Shown one piece after another: positions 1-13,700 of a DNA stretch of 64,000 nucleotides. Each line of letters opens with the position of its first letter. Position 1 is the stretch's first letter. The stretch is taken from contig CP158636.1 in NCBI GenBank assembly GCA_050273025.1, forward strand, positions 2,108,001 through 2,172,000, written 5' to 3'. Position numbers and translations under genes: made by a program. The notes beneath the pieces are model-generated. The model did no database searches, was not told the origin of the DNA, and worked only from the letters and a program-made list of their open reading frames with translations. The DNA is from Cenococcum geophilum. Lineage: Eukaryota.

Positions 1-1093
1 CCCTAAATATCTATATAATTAGAGCTACTCCGCTAGCGTAACTTGCTAAGAAACCTAAATATACAATCTTCGCTGTTATAATGGCCGATATTAAAAAGGC
101 CTTAGTACTAAAGAAGTATACTAACCCTGCCACGAAGGTACTAATAGAGTATTATTATCGCCTAGATGTATTCTTATAAAAGGAAGCTAATAAGTTACTA
201 GAATACCGACTATATAACTATAAGATTATACTTAAAGAAGGAAAGCAGCCTAGATTTAGACCCTTATACGGAATATCCTAAAATAAACTCTAAGTGCTAT
301 AAAAGTATTTAGACGAAAACCTAAGTAAAGGATTTATTAGAGTAAGCTCGTTACCTATAGCTGTACTAGTGATCTTTATTAAGAAACCTAGCAGCGGTCT
401 ACGCTTCTATATAAACTACTAAGCTCTTAACGCCGTTACCGTTAAGAACTAATATCCGATCCCGTTAATATAAAAGACGCTAAACTAACTAAGTAAGGCT
501 CGTTACTATATAAAGCTTAATATTATCTCTATATTTAACCGTCTCCGTATTATAAAAGGGGATAAATAGCTTACTACATTTTGTACCCAATATAGACTAT
601 TTAAGTACTTAGTAACACCCTTTAGCCTTATAAACGCTCTAAGCTCGTTTTAACATTATATAAACAATACCCTACGCCCCTACCTAGACATCTTTTATAC
701 TGCTTATATTAACAACATCCTAATATATAGTAATAACCTAACCAAATATCGGAAACACGTTAACCTTGTTCTATAAGCCCTGCACGGAGCTAGTTTATAA
801 TTAGATATAGATAAATACGAGTTTTATAAAACGGAAGTTCTATACCTTAGACTCCTTATTTCTATAAACGGTATATAAATAGATTTAAAGAAAGTTAAAG
901 TAATTGTAAATTGGTAAGAACCTAAGAACGTTAAGAATATAAGAGCCTTTATAGGATTTGCTAATTTCTACTAACGGTTTATTAATAACTTCTCCGCTCT
1001 AGTTTTACCCCTTATAGCTCTAACCTAAAAGGATAAAGTTTTTATCTTTAATAAGGAATGTAAGAAGGCCTTTGCCTATCTAAAGGTTATATT

Positions 1094-1280
1094 TGTCATA
1101 GTGCTGCAATGAAGTAGACTAAATAACTACGTTGTGGTATAAAGAAGAGAAGAAGGTGAAAAAGGGGTATCGTATATAAATAGTAAGGCCAGCCGCTAAG
1201 GCGCTAGTAGTGGGCCAGCTAACGGTAGGAAATAGTATGAGATAGTATGGAACAGTATGCGATAAGTTAATGCCGTAACA
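1094..1280 (-). repeat. 3' LTR of element B
   Basis: Matches 8110-8296 with transition differences (tgtcatagtgctgcaatgaag vs tgttatagtgctgcaataaag). Confidence 0.95.
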
Positions 1281-4200
1281 GTACTCCCCTCCCTAAAAGG
1301 TTTAGTCCCTAAACCGAATAGGTAACTCTAAAAACGGGCAATGCGCATTTTTTCGTCGCAAAAATATTAGTTCTGCTTACCGCCCTTAACCGGGCCAATG
1401 GCGATTTTCTATCCTGGGGATGGAAAATCCTAATTAGTCAGCTTAGTGAATAGAGTTGGTAGAATTCCACGCCGCTATCCGAATTAATCTAGCGTTGCGC
1501 CTTTAGTAAGAATCTAACTAATTAGACAACTTTAACCGGCGGTTAAAGTTCTATAATATCTTGACTATTATATGGTTAACCTTGGCGTACTAACTCTCCC
1601 TTATTTTATGCCCAGTCTAGGGGTCCTAGCTTCTTAGGGTGTTGCTTATAAAACTTTAGTAGTGCATACTTACACCCTTTTAGGGATTTTTTGGGTTCCT
1701 AGGTTTCCTTATTATAATACTTCCACTTAATATAATATATTAAGCCGTACTCGTCCATTTGTTTATTATATACATTAAAAATCTTTTTAAATTCCCACTT
1801 ATTTGTGATATTACCGTCATTATCCCTTTTAGCTATCCTGCCTATAATATTATAACGTTCCTCTTTATTAATGTATACTTGGCTAGGGATCTCTTTAGGG
1901 AACTAGAGGCGGACTTTTAAAGTATAGAAAGACTTATTAACACAGATATAGTTTAGGAGGTCCACCACAACTAACCCTCTATAGGTAGCTAAGACGGGCT
2001 AGGGTTCATCCTAGTTGTTATCCCACTTTCTTTTAGGCCGGTTAGTTTTTATATTTTTAAGGCTAACCATAACCATATTATCCTTTTTAAATATTATACT
2101 TTTATCCCGTTTTATATTGGCGTTATTTTTATAGCGTTACTGGGAGATATAAGCTAGGGCCTTAAGCTGAGTTAGGATACGCTTAAAGCGGTTTATAATA
2201 GTATTAGCTTATAGGTACTCCTTCTTTGTATATACGGATAGGGCTAATAGCTAGGGGCCTGCTGGTTTAACGCCCAGACGTAGGTTATAGCCATAATTGG
2301 CAAAGAATGGTGAGATTTTAGTGGTCTTATTGACCTAGTTATTTATAGCAAACTTAGTAAGGGGGAGCTAATCTACCTGGTTGTCCTAGGTGAAGCTTAT
2401 GAAGGCGCATAGGTACTTATTTATTGCTACATTAATAATCTTAATTTGGCTATCTGTTTTAGGGTGCTATATAGAACTAGGGCTTAGGGTTACTTTTAGG
2501 CGTTGGTTTAGGCGACGCTAAAAGTTAGAGATGAATAAAGAGCCTCTATTGGAGATAATAGTGTTTAGGGCGCCGTGTAACTTATAGATAGTGTAAATAA
2601 ATGCTTTAATAAGCTCTTTAGTATCTAGGCTAGTGACAGGAATAAAGTATCTTATTTTTATTAGGCGGTTAATAATAACAAAGATGTGTCTATATGTTTT
2701 GCTATTGCGAAGGTACTTAGGTAGGTTAACGATATGGTTAATAAAGATATTAGTCTATAGGCGGATTGGTAGTTTTAGTAGTTTTAGGAAACTAGGTGGT
2801 GCTAAGTATAGGGTTTTTATACGGAAGTAGAGAGCGCAGTCTTTTACAAAGGTAGCTATAAACTATAAAATACCTAGCCACTAATAGGTTCGATTAAGGA
2901 GGTTTAGTGTTTTAACGCGGCCTAGGTAGCCCGCAGGACCTAAAATATACGTGCGGTGTATAACTTCTAGTTAGAGTTTAGGTAAATTAGGGACAAATAC
3001 TCAATTCCTATAGTAGATTAGGCCGTCAATAATTAAATATTTAGATTTATTACAGTGGAGTAACTTCCTAATCTACCTAGGCTAACGGCGTACTTTACGG
3101 CCTTTCTGTTTGCGTAGCGCAGCCAATATATCCCTAGCAAGTTTATTCTCCTTATAGGCATTCTTAATAAGCTCCTTAAGGGGTTTTTTCTTAAGCTCTA
3201 GGTCTATTACTATAATAAAATCTTTGACGCTCTGGTCTTAGAATTCGCTTAGCAGCTCTTCTAGGATAGCAGGGTCGACTTTTTTTAGTAGTAAGATAAC
3301 GCGGTCTTGGTGTCATAGACGTTCGTTACTAGTATTAGTAGGTGCTACGCCTAGGAGGCGGCTAAGAGCGTCTAGGATCGTGGCTTTAGTACTAGGCCTA
3401 TAGATAATAACGAAATTAAATTAGGAAAGGAACTTAGCCTAGCGGACTTGGCGCTAATTTAGTTATTTTATTATTATAAAGGTCTGGAGGTTCTTATAGT
3501 CCGTAATAATTTTAAACGGCTGCTTAGTTCCTTATAGTTTGGGGCGCTATTCTTTTAGCGCTTTAATAATTACTAGGAGCTCCTTATTGTATATTTTATA
3601 GTTATATTTAGGGGCTAAGTGCTTAGTAGAGAAGAATGTGACTAGCTTAAGCTTGTTACTTTCGTTAGCTTAGTAGAGTACTCTACCTAAAGCCCAGTTT
3701 AAGGCGTCTATCTCTACTATAGTCTTCTTCATATAGTCGTAATACGCTAGGACCGGCGCTGTAGTAAACGCTGTTTTTAGGGTCTAGAATGCTTGTGTTT
3801 AATTAGGGCCCTATAACTAGCTGGTGCTCTTTTTTAGTAGCCTAGTTATGGGTTTGACTACCTTAGAATAGCCTTAGATAAATTATTAGTAAAAGTTTAC
3901 AAAGCTAAGAAATTGCTATAGTTCCTTAACTAACGTTGGGTTCTTCTATTTCTATAAGGCCTGCACCTTCTTAGGGTCTATAGTTATGCCGTTAGTCGAG
4001 ATAATTAAGCCAAGGTATTTTATTTTAGTGGTATAAAACTTAGACTTATTAATGTTAATCTGGAGTCCAGTATTACTAAGTCTCTAGATAACTTCATTTA
4101 TATATTTTATATGCTTGGCGCGTGTTTTTAAGAAAATAAGGATATTATTAAGGTATATAGTATAGTAGTTGTTAAGGGCGTTGTGTAAAATATAATTAAT

Positions 4201-5419
4201 ATAGTTCTGGAACGTAGCGGGCGCGTTATAGAGACTAAATGGTGTAATTAATATCTTATAGAGTCCAAACTGGGTAATAAATGCTATAAGCTACTTGTGG
4301 CCTTCCGCGATTTAGATCCGGTTAAACATAGCAATTATATTAAGCTTAGTAAAGTACTTAGTACTATAGAGTGTATTAAGTATCTCGCGGACTAGTGGCA
4401 ATGGGTACCAATTCTTAATAGTAACTGTGTTTAGGCCTTGGTAGTTATAGTAGATTTATATACTACCGCCGGGTTTCGCAGTAAAGAGAAGTAGTGCGGC
4501 GGCTAGTAAGGTTAATTCGTAGATAAAGCCCTTATCTAGTATCTTGTTAATCCACTTCTTTACATAACTAAGTTTAGCGGGTAAGAGTGGTCTGTTCTTA
4601 TAATATGGGGCCTGCTTTCTAGGTATAATCTCAATTTTGTGGTCCCATGGTTGGTAAGGGGGCAGCTTATCTACGTTCTTAGGGAGGAAGTATTTAATAT
4701 ATTCGCGAAGCTCCTTTAGTAAGTATTATAAAATATCTTCGCGGATTAATCCTAGTTTGCCTTTTAGAAATTTCTTAACATTAGTATTAACTATCTTCCG
4801 GCATAGGAACTCGGACTTAGTTTTTAGGTTTATCTTAAGGAAGTTGTAGAAGTAAGGGGGTAGCGCTTTACGGGCTTCCTTTATTATATAGTCGCCTTCT
4901 ACTAGCTAGCGGAAAGACCTTTTTAATAGGTTTAGTACTTCTATTAGGCCTATAGGCAGCTCCTTAAGTAGCTGTTGGTGTTCTTCTTATTTAACTAGTT
5001 CTACTAGCTCCGCTATATAGATCCTTATTACCTTTACGCCTTTTTATTTACAGAACTAGGTGAAATTAACGGTATAAGTGCATTTAATGTCGTCCAGGTT
5101 TGGGCGTATCTGGTTCTCCGGTGCTATAGCTAGGCTAGTATAACTTAGTTAGCCCAGGGGGACGGAAATAAGGCGGCGGCCCTATATAGTACGCGTGGGA
5201 GATAGGTGTAAGGTTAGGCGTTACGGGGGGGAGGTTTTAATTGCTCTGGTTTCGGCCTTGGCTATAACGCCCTTAATTATTATATATGCGGTTATATATA
5301 TATATGGCAAATGTCTTAAAGTTAGGTGTCTTATTATTTAACCTAGGTTAAGAGGGTATATACGGGGGACTTGTGGTTCTAGTAGTGTTATAGTATAGGT
5401 AGGAGACGGTGGATTATAG

Positions 5420-5625
5420 TAGGACTTGGTGGATAGTTGCGGTGGAACTTAGTAGGCAGTTATGGTGGGACTTAGTAGATAGTTATGGTGGGACTTAGTG
5501 GAAAGTTGCGGTGGGACTTAGTGGACATTTGTGGTAGAGCTTAGTGGACATTTATAGTAGAACTTAGTGGGAAGTTGCAGTGGGACTTAGTGGACAGTTA
5601 TAGTGGAATTTAGTGGAATTTAGTT
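5420..5625. repeat. 23-bp tandem repeat (~9 copies) inside pol of B, between protease and RT
   Basis: Unit approximately gcggtgggacttagtggacagtt; copies start about every 23 bp (5423, 5446, 5469, 5492, 5515...). Confidence 0.85.
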
Positions 5626-8109
5626 TCTTAGAGATAGGGCAGTGGTCTAGTCTTTTAGGATCTCCGCCTCGTTTATTGTATATATTAGTTTACCGGTATT
5701 AGGTACCTCTTTTACTATTAGTTAACAGTATCTAAGCGTTAGCCGTATAATATATCCGTATAGTGCTACTTGGTTATAGTTAGGAATATACTATAGGAGA
5801 CAGTTATAGGTATAGTAATTAGAGTTAAAGTTAAGCTCTAGGGTGGGGAAGTCTATGCTTAGGTTATGCTTTTTAAGCTAGGGCATTCTAAGGATTACTA
5901 GGGTTAAGGGTAATAACTTTATAATATAGAAAAGCATAGATTCTATATAGTGGCCGATTATTATTTTTGCTATAAAGTAATATATAATAAAGCTAGATGG
6001 GAGTCCGTTGGTAAGGCGGAGTGGTTTTAGGACTAGGAGTCTTTTTATTATAATATTGTGCTTTTTTATAAGCGAGTCTTCGTCTATAAACGCTGGTGCT
6101 ATACTATTACTGTTAATAAGGCTTACTGTTTTAATAAAAACTTCTGGGAGTAGGTTGCGTAGTAAGGAGAGATAGGTCTAAATAAGGATGGCATTTCTAT
6201 TATTGTTTACTGTTTTAAGGTTAAGTAGCCGCTGGCTTAGAATAAGATCTAACTAATCTAGTAGTATAGATCTAATCCTTTTATCCTCCTCCCCGTATGG
6301 TTCTGACCCTTAAAGGCAACTTAGTCTAAGGGTTGGCCTTTTAATAACTAGATCGTAGGGCTTAGCTAGTAGCTGTGGTCTTGGCTGGTATATTCTAACG
6401 TGTTGGTCTCTAACGGTGTATATATGCTAGGGGGTACTTTACCAAGGACATGGCTGGTCTTACGGTTTATACTAGTACGGAGTATTTGTCCGTAGTTCCT
6501 GTATAGGGCTATTGACTAGGGCTGTATTAGGGAAGGAAATTATAGGGGTAGGTCTCTATGTCCGGACCTATATCCCCGTCCATAGTTACCGCCTTGGTTA
6601 CTATCCCCTTTATTAAAGAATCCGCCGCGGCTAGAAAGGGGTTAGCGCCGTAGCATTAGGAGGGGATTTTAGTTCTTGCTAGGGTTATAAGCGTCTTTTT
6701 AGTGGCTAGGTTGACTATATGCTATATAGAGTCTGTTATCTATATAATATCTTTAGACGTTATTAGGGAGACTACTACTACTAAATTTAGTGTCGTTAAG
6801 GTCTATTGGATTATTCTATGGTAATATAGGTTAATAGCCGCTAGCGGTACTTAGTTTAGCGGTATTTAGCTTAGTGTGGTAAGCGTAATTCTGTAAGTTA
6901 TAAGCGAACATATTTATCTGCTTACTCTATCCTACGTAGTTAGTATTACCAATTTTGCGGCTAAGGGTAAGGGCTAGGTCCTTTATCTTTAAGGAAATAT
7001 TCTTTTTAAGTAAATCCACTTTTTGTTCCTTAGTCTTATTTACTTTAATTATTAACTCGTTAAGCTTTGCTTTCTAGGACTAGTAGTTATACTTGCCCTA
7101 GTTTAGGGTATCCAACTTGTTTTTTGCTGCTTGGGTTATGTCTATAGTCTTGTAGTGCTTCCTTATATATGTAAGCATAGACTCTCGGTTAGAGAAGATC
7201 TATTTGCTTAAGTCGTTTGGGTATATACGTAGCGTATTAAGGCTATGCTTAATATAGTCATAAGCCTTATCTATTAGCATGTCTGACATATAAAGGACTT
7301 TGTCTATTAGGGTTTTAAAGTACTTTATATCCCTTTGGAAAACGCCTTAGACCTTTATTTCCTATATTTTAAAATTTTCTTGCTTTTTAGTTGGTGATCC
7401 CTTACCATTAAACGGGGTTAGATTTTTTGCTTTACGCTTTTTCTTATGGGACTCGGCAGGAGAATAGGAGCTAGCAGCTATATTCTTATCGGCAATAGTC
7501 TAGGTAAGTGTGGAAATCTAAGAGCTTAGGTTTTATATGGTTGTAGTATATATTAAAGCTTACTATTTATATTGTTGTATATATAGTTTAAGCGTCGTAA
7601 GGGAATTAATCCTATGCTAGGCTTCTTTAAGTTAGGACTTTGCGGCTCGTCCTTTATTATAGACGGCTTGGAGGCTGTTCTTAACGCTAGTTAAAAAGGT
7701 TATATATATAGAGAGGTGCTGGAAGGTTCCTGCCACGCTAAGGTCCTTAGGGTACTCCGGACCACTCCTAATTACCTAGGTAATATAGTTATAGGAGGTA
7801 TTAAAGAGGCAGGCGAGTGCTTCGCGTATATTTGCTGATAGGGTGTTTTCTATATTATGGTCGCCCATTCTAAAGGGGTCTAGGTAAAGCAATTAAAATC
7901 TATAAGGCTGGCTGTAATACTAAGATTGTCTAGAATTATACTAAGATTGTCTAAGATTATACTAAGATTATCTAGAATTGTACTAAGGTTGTCTAGGACT
8001 GTGGTATAGTGTTATCAGTCGCGCTAGGTCGCGATTATACTAGGAAAACAGAGACAGTAGACTAGGAAAATAGAGATCGCGACGGGGCGCAATTAGAGAT
8101 ACCATAAAC

Positions 8110-8296
8110 TGTTATAGTGCTGCAATAAAGTAGACTAAATAACTACGTTGTGGTATAAAGAAGAGAAGAAGGTAAAAAAGGGGTATCGTACATAAATAGT
8201 AGGGCCAGCCGCTAAGGCGCTAGTAGTGGGCCAGCCAACGGTAGGAAACAGTACGAGACAGTATGGAACAGTATGCGACAAGTCAGTGCCGTGACA
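8110..8296 (-). repeat. 5' LTR of element B
   Basis: Direct repeat of 1094-1280, adjacent to the leader/gag side. Confidence 0.95.
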
Positions 8297-10350
8297 ATAT
8301 TTACTACTACGCCTGTACTTTAACACTTCAACCTAAACTAAATAAGTATTATAGAAGCCGACTTATCTAACTATATTACTAGAGGTATCCTATCTTAATA
8401 TAACGAGGATGGAGTATTATACCCTATAGTATACTTCTTAAAATAACTAAGCCTAGCTAAATATAACTACAAGATCTACAATAAGGAATTATTAGCTATT
8501 ATTAGGTATTTTAAATAATGGCGACCCGAACTAAAAGGCGCTAGATTTCTAATTAAGGTCCTTAGTAACTATAAGAACCTATAGTACTTTATAACCACAA
8601 AATAGCTAAGTTATCATTAGGCCTGCTAGTTAGAATATCTGTCTTATTTCCAATTTTTAATTATATACTACCTAGGCGTCTAAGGTTAAAAGCCTAATAC
8701 CCTAACCTAACGCTCGCAAGACGCGCTAGCCCTAGAAGAAGCGCGCTTTTACTAAAATCAGACCCTACTTTACCCTAAACTATTTAACCCTCCTACTAAA
8801 TATCTTACGGTATACGTCCTTAAAATAACTAATTGATTGATTAAATAGATTATAGTTAACGAATACCTAAATAATGAGTTTATTTAAGAGACACTTAAGC
8901 TAATATAAAATAGCATTAGACGCTCTAAAAAGATTTCTCTAAGTAAATGTAAAGCCTATAGAAACCGCTTATATTACTAAAACCGTCTAGTTATCCCTAA
9001 TTACGATAAGCTTAAGCTTAAACTCCTTAAATATATATATAATCTACCTATCGCCGGCTACCTGGGCTAAGGAAAGACCCTAGAACTATTTTAATGGGAG
9101 TATTATTAGCCGAATATGCATAATATAACACGAAGGTATATCTTTAGCTGCTATACCTGCCGATGAGCTAAAGCCTCGTATAAGACGTATAACGGTCTTT
9201 TAAAGCCGCTGCCTATTCCGGACCGAAGATGGAAGGATATCTTAATTAACTTTATTATTAACCTTCCTAATAGTAGAGGCTGCATAAATATTATAGTAGT
9301 TATAAACCAACTATCTAAAATAAGACACTTAATTGCCTGCCCTAATATATTAACGCCTGCCGTTGCCTAACTATTCCTAGATTATATATAGAAACTCTAT
9401 AAACTTCCTAAAACAATTATCTCTAATAGAGGCAGCTAGTTTATTTTGGCATTTTAGAAGGAACTAACTACTTAACTCTATATTAAAGCACTATTATCTA
9501 CTATATATTACCTAGAAACGGATAGCTAAATAGAACGCGTAAATGCTATAATAGAATAGTATATTCGGATATACATATTGTATTTATAGGATAACTAGAT
9601 TAACTGGCTCGCATTTACTAAGTTTACTGCAAATAATTCCGTCTTAAAAACTATAAAAGTCTCCCCATTTCTAGCTAATTACGGCTAGCACCTACGAATG
9701 GGTTTTAAACCCTTTAGTAATGTTCTTTACCCTACTTATTACGCCTTATAAGTTATAGAAGTAAATAAATTTATAAAGAAGATGGAGGAACTATAACAGT
9801 TTCTTACTAATAAGATAATATAGGCTTAATCTGTTTATAAAGCCGTAGTAAATAAAAAACAAACCCTAGCACCGGCCTATTAAATTAGTAATTTTATCTG
9901 GCTAGATATAAGAAATCTAAATATAAAACAACCTATTAAGAAACTTAATTAAAAGAACGCTGGCCCTTATAAGGTTAAAAAGGTTATCTCTCCTTATGCC
10001 TACTAACTGAAGCTCCCTAATACGGTTAAAATCCACCCCGTATTCTATACGTCAGTCCTCTACCCTACTACCCCTATATTAGACGCCCTGCCTAAATAGA
10101 TATAAGACCCTCCCCCACTAGTTAAAGTAGATGGTGAGAATGAGTACTTTATTAAAAGAATTAATAATATTAAGTACGATAAACGGAAACGCTAATATAT
10201 ATATCTTATAAAATGGAGAGGTTTTACTAAGTCCTTATAGGAACCTATTAACTCTATAGGACTTATATAAGCCACAGAAGACTTTTATAAACTCTACCTA
10301 GAACTACTATAGCCCTATCTCGCAGAAGCTTAAGTTTAAAGGGGGGGTAC

Positions 10351-10742
10351 TATTACGGGACACCCCCGTAATACCTTATATACGTCTACCTATTTCCACC
10401 GACTTAGCAATTAGAGACTAACCATAAAATAGCAATCTAACGGCAATCTAATAGTAATCTAACGGCAATCTAATAGTAATCTAACGGCAATCTACGGCAT
10501 TTTGCTATATTCTGCTAAGTTCTACTAAATTCTGCTAAGTTCTGCTAGGACTATAACCTAAACCCTATTTTACCTATGTATGTGTTAACTAAGCAACCAA
10601 GTTAACAATATATGCCCTTTCTTCCCGTTTTCCTACCTTCTTTCCTTACGCAACGTCTTAACTTTATTACGCAGTTTATATACATAGCTTAATAATACCT
10701 ACTTTACTATATATTATTACCGCTTGTGCTTACTCCGTAACA
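10351..10742 (+). repeat. 3' LTR of family A
   Basis: Homologous to 60181-60539; longer because of extra ggcaatctaa-type units at 10431-10500. Confidence 0.93.
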
Positions 10743-13700
10743 TATACCCCAATTACGATACTGCAGTCGCGTTTGTATGCCTTATAATGTTATTATCTTA
10801 ACCTTTTTAATTGCGATAAGCTTGTTTCTAAGGGGTTTGTATAGGAGGTAGATAAAGACGTAGAAAACGCCGATTGTAGAGAGGATATTAGTTAAGGAGG
10901 AGGCTCCATTGCTATACTAAAGTAGGGAGTCGCGATAGAGGCCTAGTAGCAGAGAGGGGCTCTTTTAAATTGCTTACTAATGTTAATTATATATTAATAT
11001 GCGAAGTTAAATCTAGAGCCTTATTTTAGAGCCTTACTAAATAATTAACTTAATTACAGATTTAAATAAGCTATAGTAGTAGCCGCTACTAATTATAAAA
11101 TAGGTAATACTAAAAGGCGTATAGATCGAATAGTTATAATATAGAGGCGATTTGTAACTAAATAGTAAGGAGCTTTAAGCTCCATATCCCTTCGTTTAGT
11201 AAAAGAGACTTTTCGTATTAGGTACTTTAGGCGCTCCTACCTAGGTTAGCATACTGCGAGCACCCTAGCTAGTGTAATTTTATTAGCAAGCCTTACCAAA
11301 ACGCGTTAACTTATAATGCCAATAAAATGCTATAAAAGGCCACCACCTATATATATATTTAAGGAAGTTAGGTAAAATGTCGTAATATATAATATTATAA
11401 CTATAGGTTCCTGCCCTTCCTCTATTAACTAGCTGCTAATTATATAGAATAATCCTCTATTAAAGTCTTCCCCTAAATTACTACCACCTATCCGCTTTAT
11501 ACGTATTCTTAATATTAATAAGGATAAGCTTCCCATTTAGATCTTACTACTAAATACTATCTATCTATCTATTACCTACTCTCTATATTAGAACTAATTT
11601 CCCTTTAACTTAACTATATACTAGCCCTTAACCTATTTTAAAGTAAATATTATAATAGTATGTATACCAATAAGGAGTTATAGATATCTTATATTAATCG
11701 ATTATTACAGATAAATAAAAACCCTAGGTATACAACCACCCTAGCTAAGCGCACTAAGCGTCCCTATATTAAAAAGTCGTTACTAAAGAATAGAGATGGG
11801 ACCACTAAGCTAGCTCTAAAGCCGCGAAAGAAGAAAGCGGTGGATAGTTATTAAAAGGAGATTAGAGGGTTTCTAATTAAGTAGGAGAAGAATAATAAGG
11901 TAGCTAAAGCTATAAAGACAGCTTAGCTACCTATTAAGAAGCCTCTACTAACCCATTCTATTCTACCGGCCGCTAGAAATACTACTATACGTAGTTTAGA
12001 GAGAACTAAGTTAAATAAAAACAGCGCCGTAGAGATAGCTGTTATAGAAACTAGAAAACTATAAAGAGGGACCTCTTTAATATTGTAAGTTAGATAATTA
12101 GTCGCATAAAGGAGGGATGGGATGCTTTATAGACTATATTACCCGCTAATTACTAAAATAGAGAGTTTAAAGACGGAAATTAAGGAACTTTAAAAAGCTA
12201 AAAAGGCTTAAAATATATCTATTGTTAATCTAATCTAGGACGCCTAAGTAATAAAGTAGGATTATCTCTAAGGTTATAAAACTATATTTATAACTAATTA
12301 AAGCGTATAATATAAATTAAAGAAAGGTAATATTTTAAGAGCTTTTGGTAAAGAACCAGCTTAAGGTTATAAGGGAGGACGTACTATATACGCTAAATAA
12401 GGTATATTAAGTGCTATAAGTAGTTAAATAGTTTAACTAGCGTGTTACGGACGCTTTAAGTACGATGTTATAACTACTTAGAGAGGAGTTGGAAGAAGCT
12501 AGTTAGTTAATATAAGCACGGTCCAGGATAGAACCCGTGGAACTATGTGATAAGAAATAGTAGCTAAGGTTACATGAGGTGCTACGTAAGGAACGCGAGG
12601 AACGAAGGGAACTTACGTACCTTACGTATAACACGTATATCATGTATAAAGAGGATTTTATAGGAGTACGGTCGTGTATTTAAGGACCCTTAGTCCCTAC
12701 CTAGATAGTTCCTTCTTTATAGTAATTCTTAGAATATAATTAGAGTTAATCTATTAGGCAACCACTTCACCAGTTATTATTACGTTGTTAACTTCCGGTA
12801 ATACCTATATACCTAGCCTATTAATAAGTCTACCGTAGTTTCTACTATAAGGCTCCGTTACATAGCGGCTATTTAATATAGAGGATCAATTAAGGGCGGT
12901 ATAGGAGGGCTTAAAGAAGGCTATAGTAAAGGCTTAATTAGCTTTACCTAGTCTCCTATTAAAAAATAATTAAAAATAATACGTAAATTCTATACTTAGC
13001 TAAGTTATTACCTTTTTATATTAGTAGTCTAGCAGGATTTATAAGGTTTAATAAATTAATAAGTTAGTTTAGTTCTTAAATCCTAAAAATTATAACTATA
13101 TAAGACTTATACTACCTAAGGCAATCTATTACAAAATGCCGCTAGACTTGGCATTTTGCGTATTTACTAGAACTTCTTAATTTACCTTACCATTAATAAG
13201 CATTAAATGACGGTAATTTACCTACTAGTGTTACTTCTTTAATATCTACTTCGCCTAACTCTTTACCTTTACTACCTTAACTAACTCTTACACGGCACCT
13301 CTACGCGACATTAATTAGTTAATTAATTAGTTTAACCGCTAATTGCTACTTTAAGCTATAACTTATACCCTAAAACTGCGGCAATCTGCCCAGTTATTTA
13401 ATTCTTATAATTAGTTTATCTTACCCACCTACTTTAGACTTACACCTTTACTAAACACTAACTAGATTCTTCTACTTTTATATAGCAACGCTCTACTTCT
13501 TCTTTATTCTATTTTAGTATCTTTATATATTACTATAAAGGACTTAAATATTATAAATGGATAGGAAATCAATGCTCGTCGCCTTAAGGAAATTAAGAAG
13601 ATAATATTAGATAGTATAGTAGAGGCTAGGCTTAATAAAGTCGCGTTTTATACTGCTAAAGATAAAGTACTACGCGATAACTTTATCTAGAAGGTTTTTA

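Larger units (their letters stand above)
1094..8296 (-). mobile_element. Full-length Ty3/Gypsy LTR retrotransposon B, RIP-inactivated, inserted in pol of A
   Basis: 187-bp LTRs at 1094-1280 and 8110-8296 (TG...CA). TSD ATATT at 1089-1093 and 8297-8301; removing B restores the A reading seen at 63711-63740. PPT at 1281-1294 (minus). Minus-strand gag, protease, RT, RNase H, integrase and chromodomain relics. Confidence 0.95.
1..10742 (+). mobile_element. Ty3/Gypsy chromovirus-type LTR retrotransposon, family A copy 1 (5' part outside window; interrupted by element B)
   Basis: RT relic 1-1093 (YINNILIYS for YIDDILIYS near 705-730). RNase H (YKIYNKELLAII near 8465), integrase and chromodomain (YLIKWRGF near 10200) resume at 8302. 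PPT aaagggggggtac near 10338-10350, then the 3' LTR. 1-1093 is collinear with 62629-63720. Confidence 0.93.

Noticed and set aside
2633..2830. Short track ORFs (also 8135, 22528, 38993, 43115, 43131, 47998, 49348, 62506)
   Set aside because: Chance or antisense frames within TE or LTR sequence. Only 48727-48927 (Copia gag piece) and 56977-57279 (Gypsy RT piece) are sense fragments, and both are pseudogenic.
8095..8109. tRNA-iMet PBS (TGGTATC on minus) for element B
   Set aside because: The match stops after 7 nt and is offset from the LTR; complementarity to the LTR segment ataccacaa favours self-priming.
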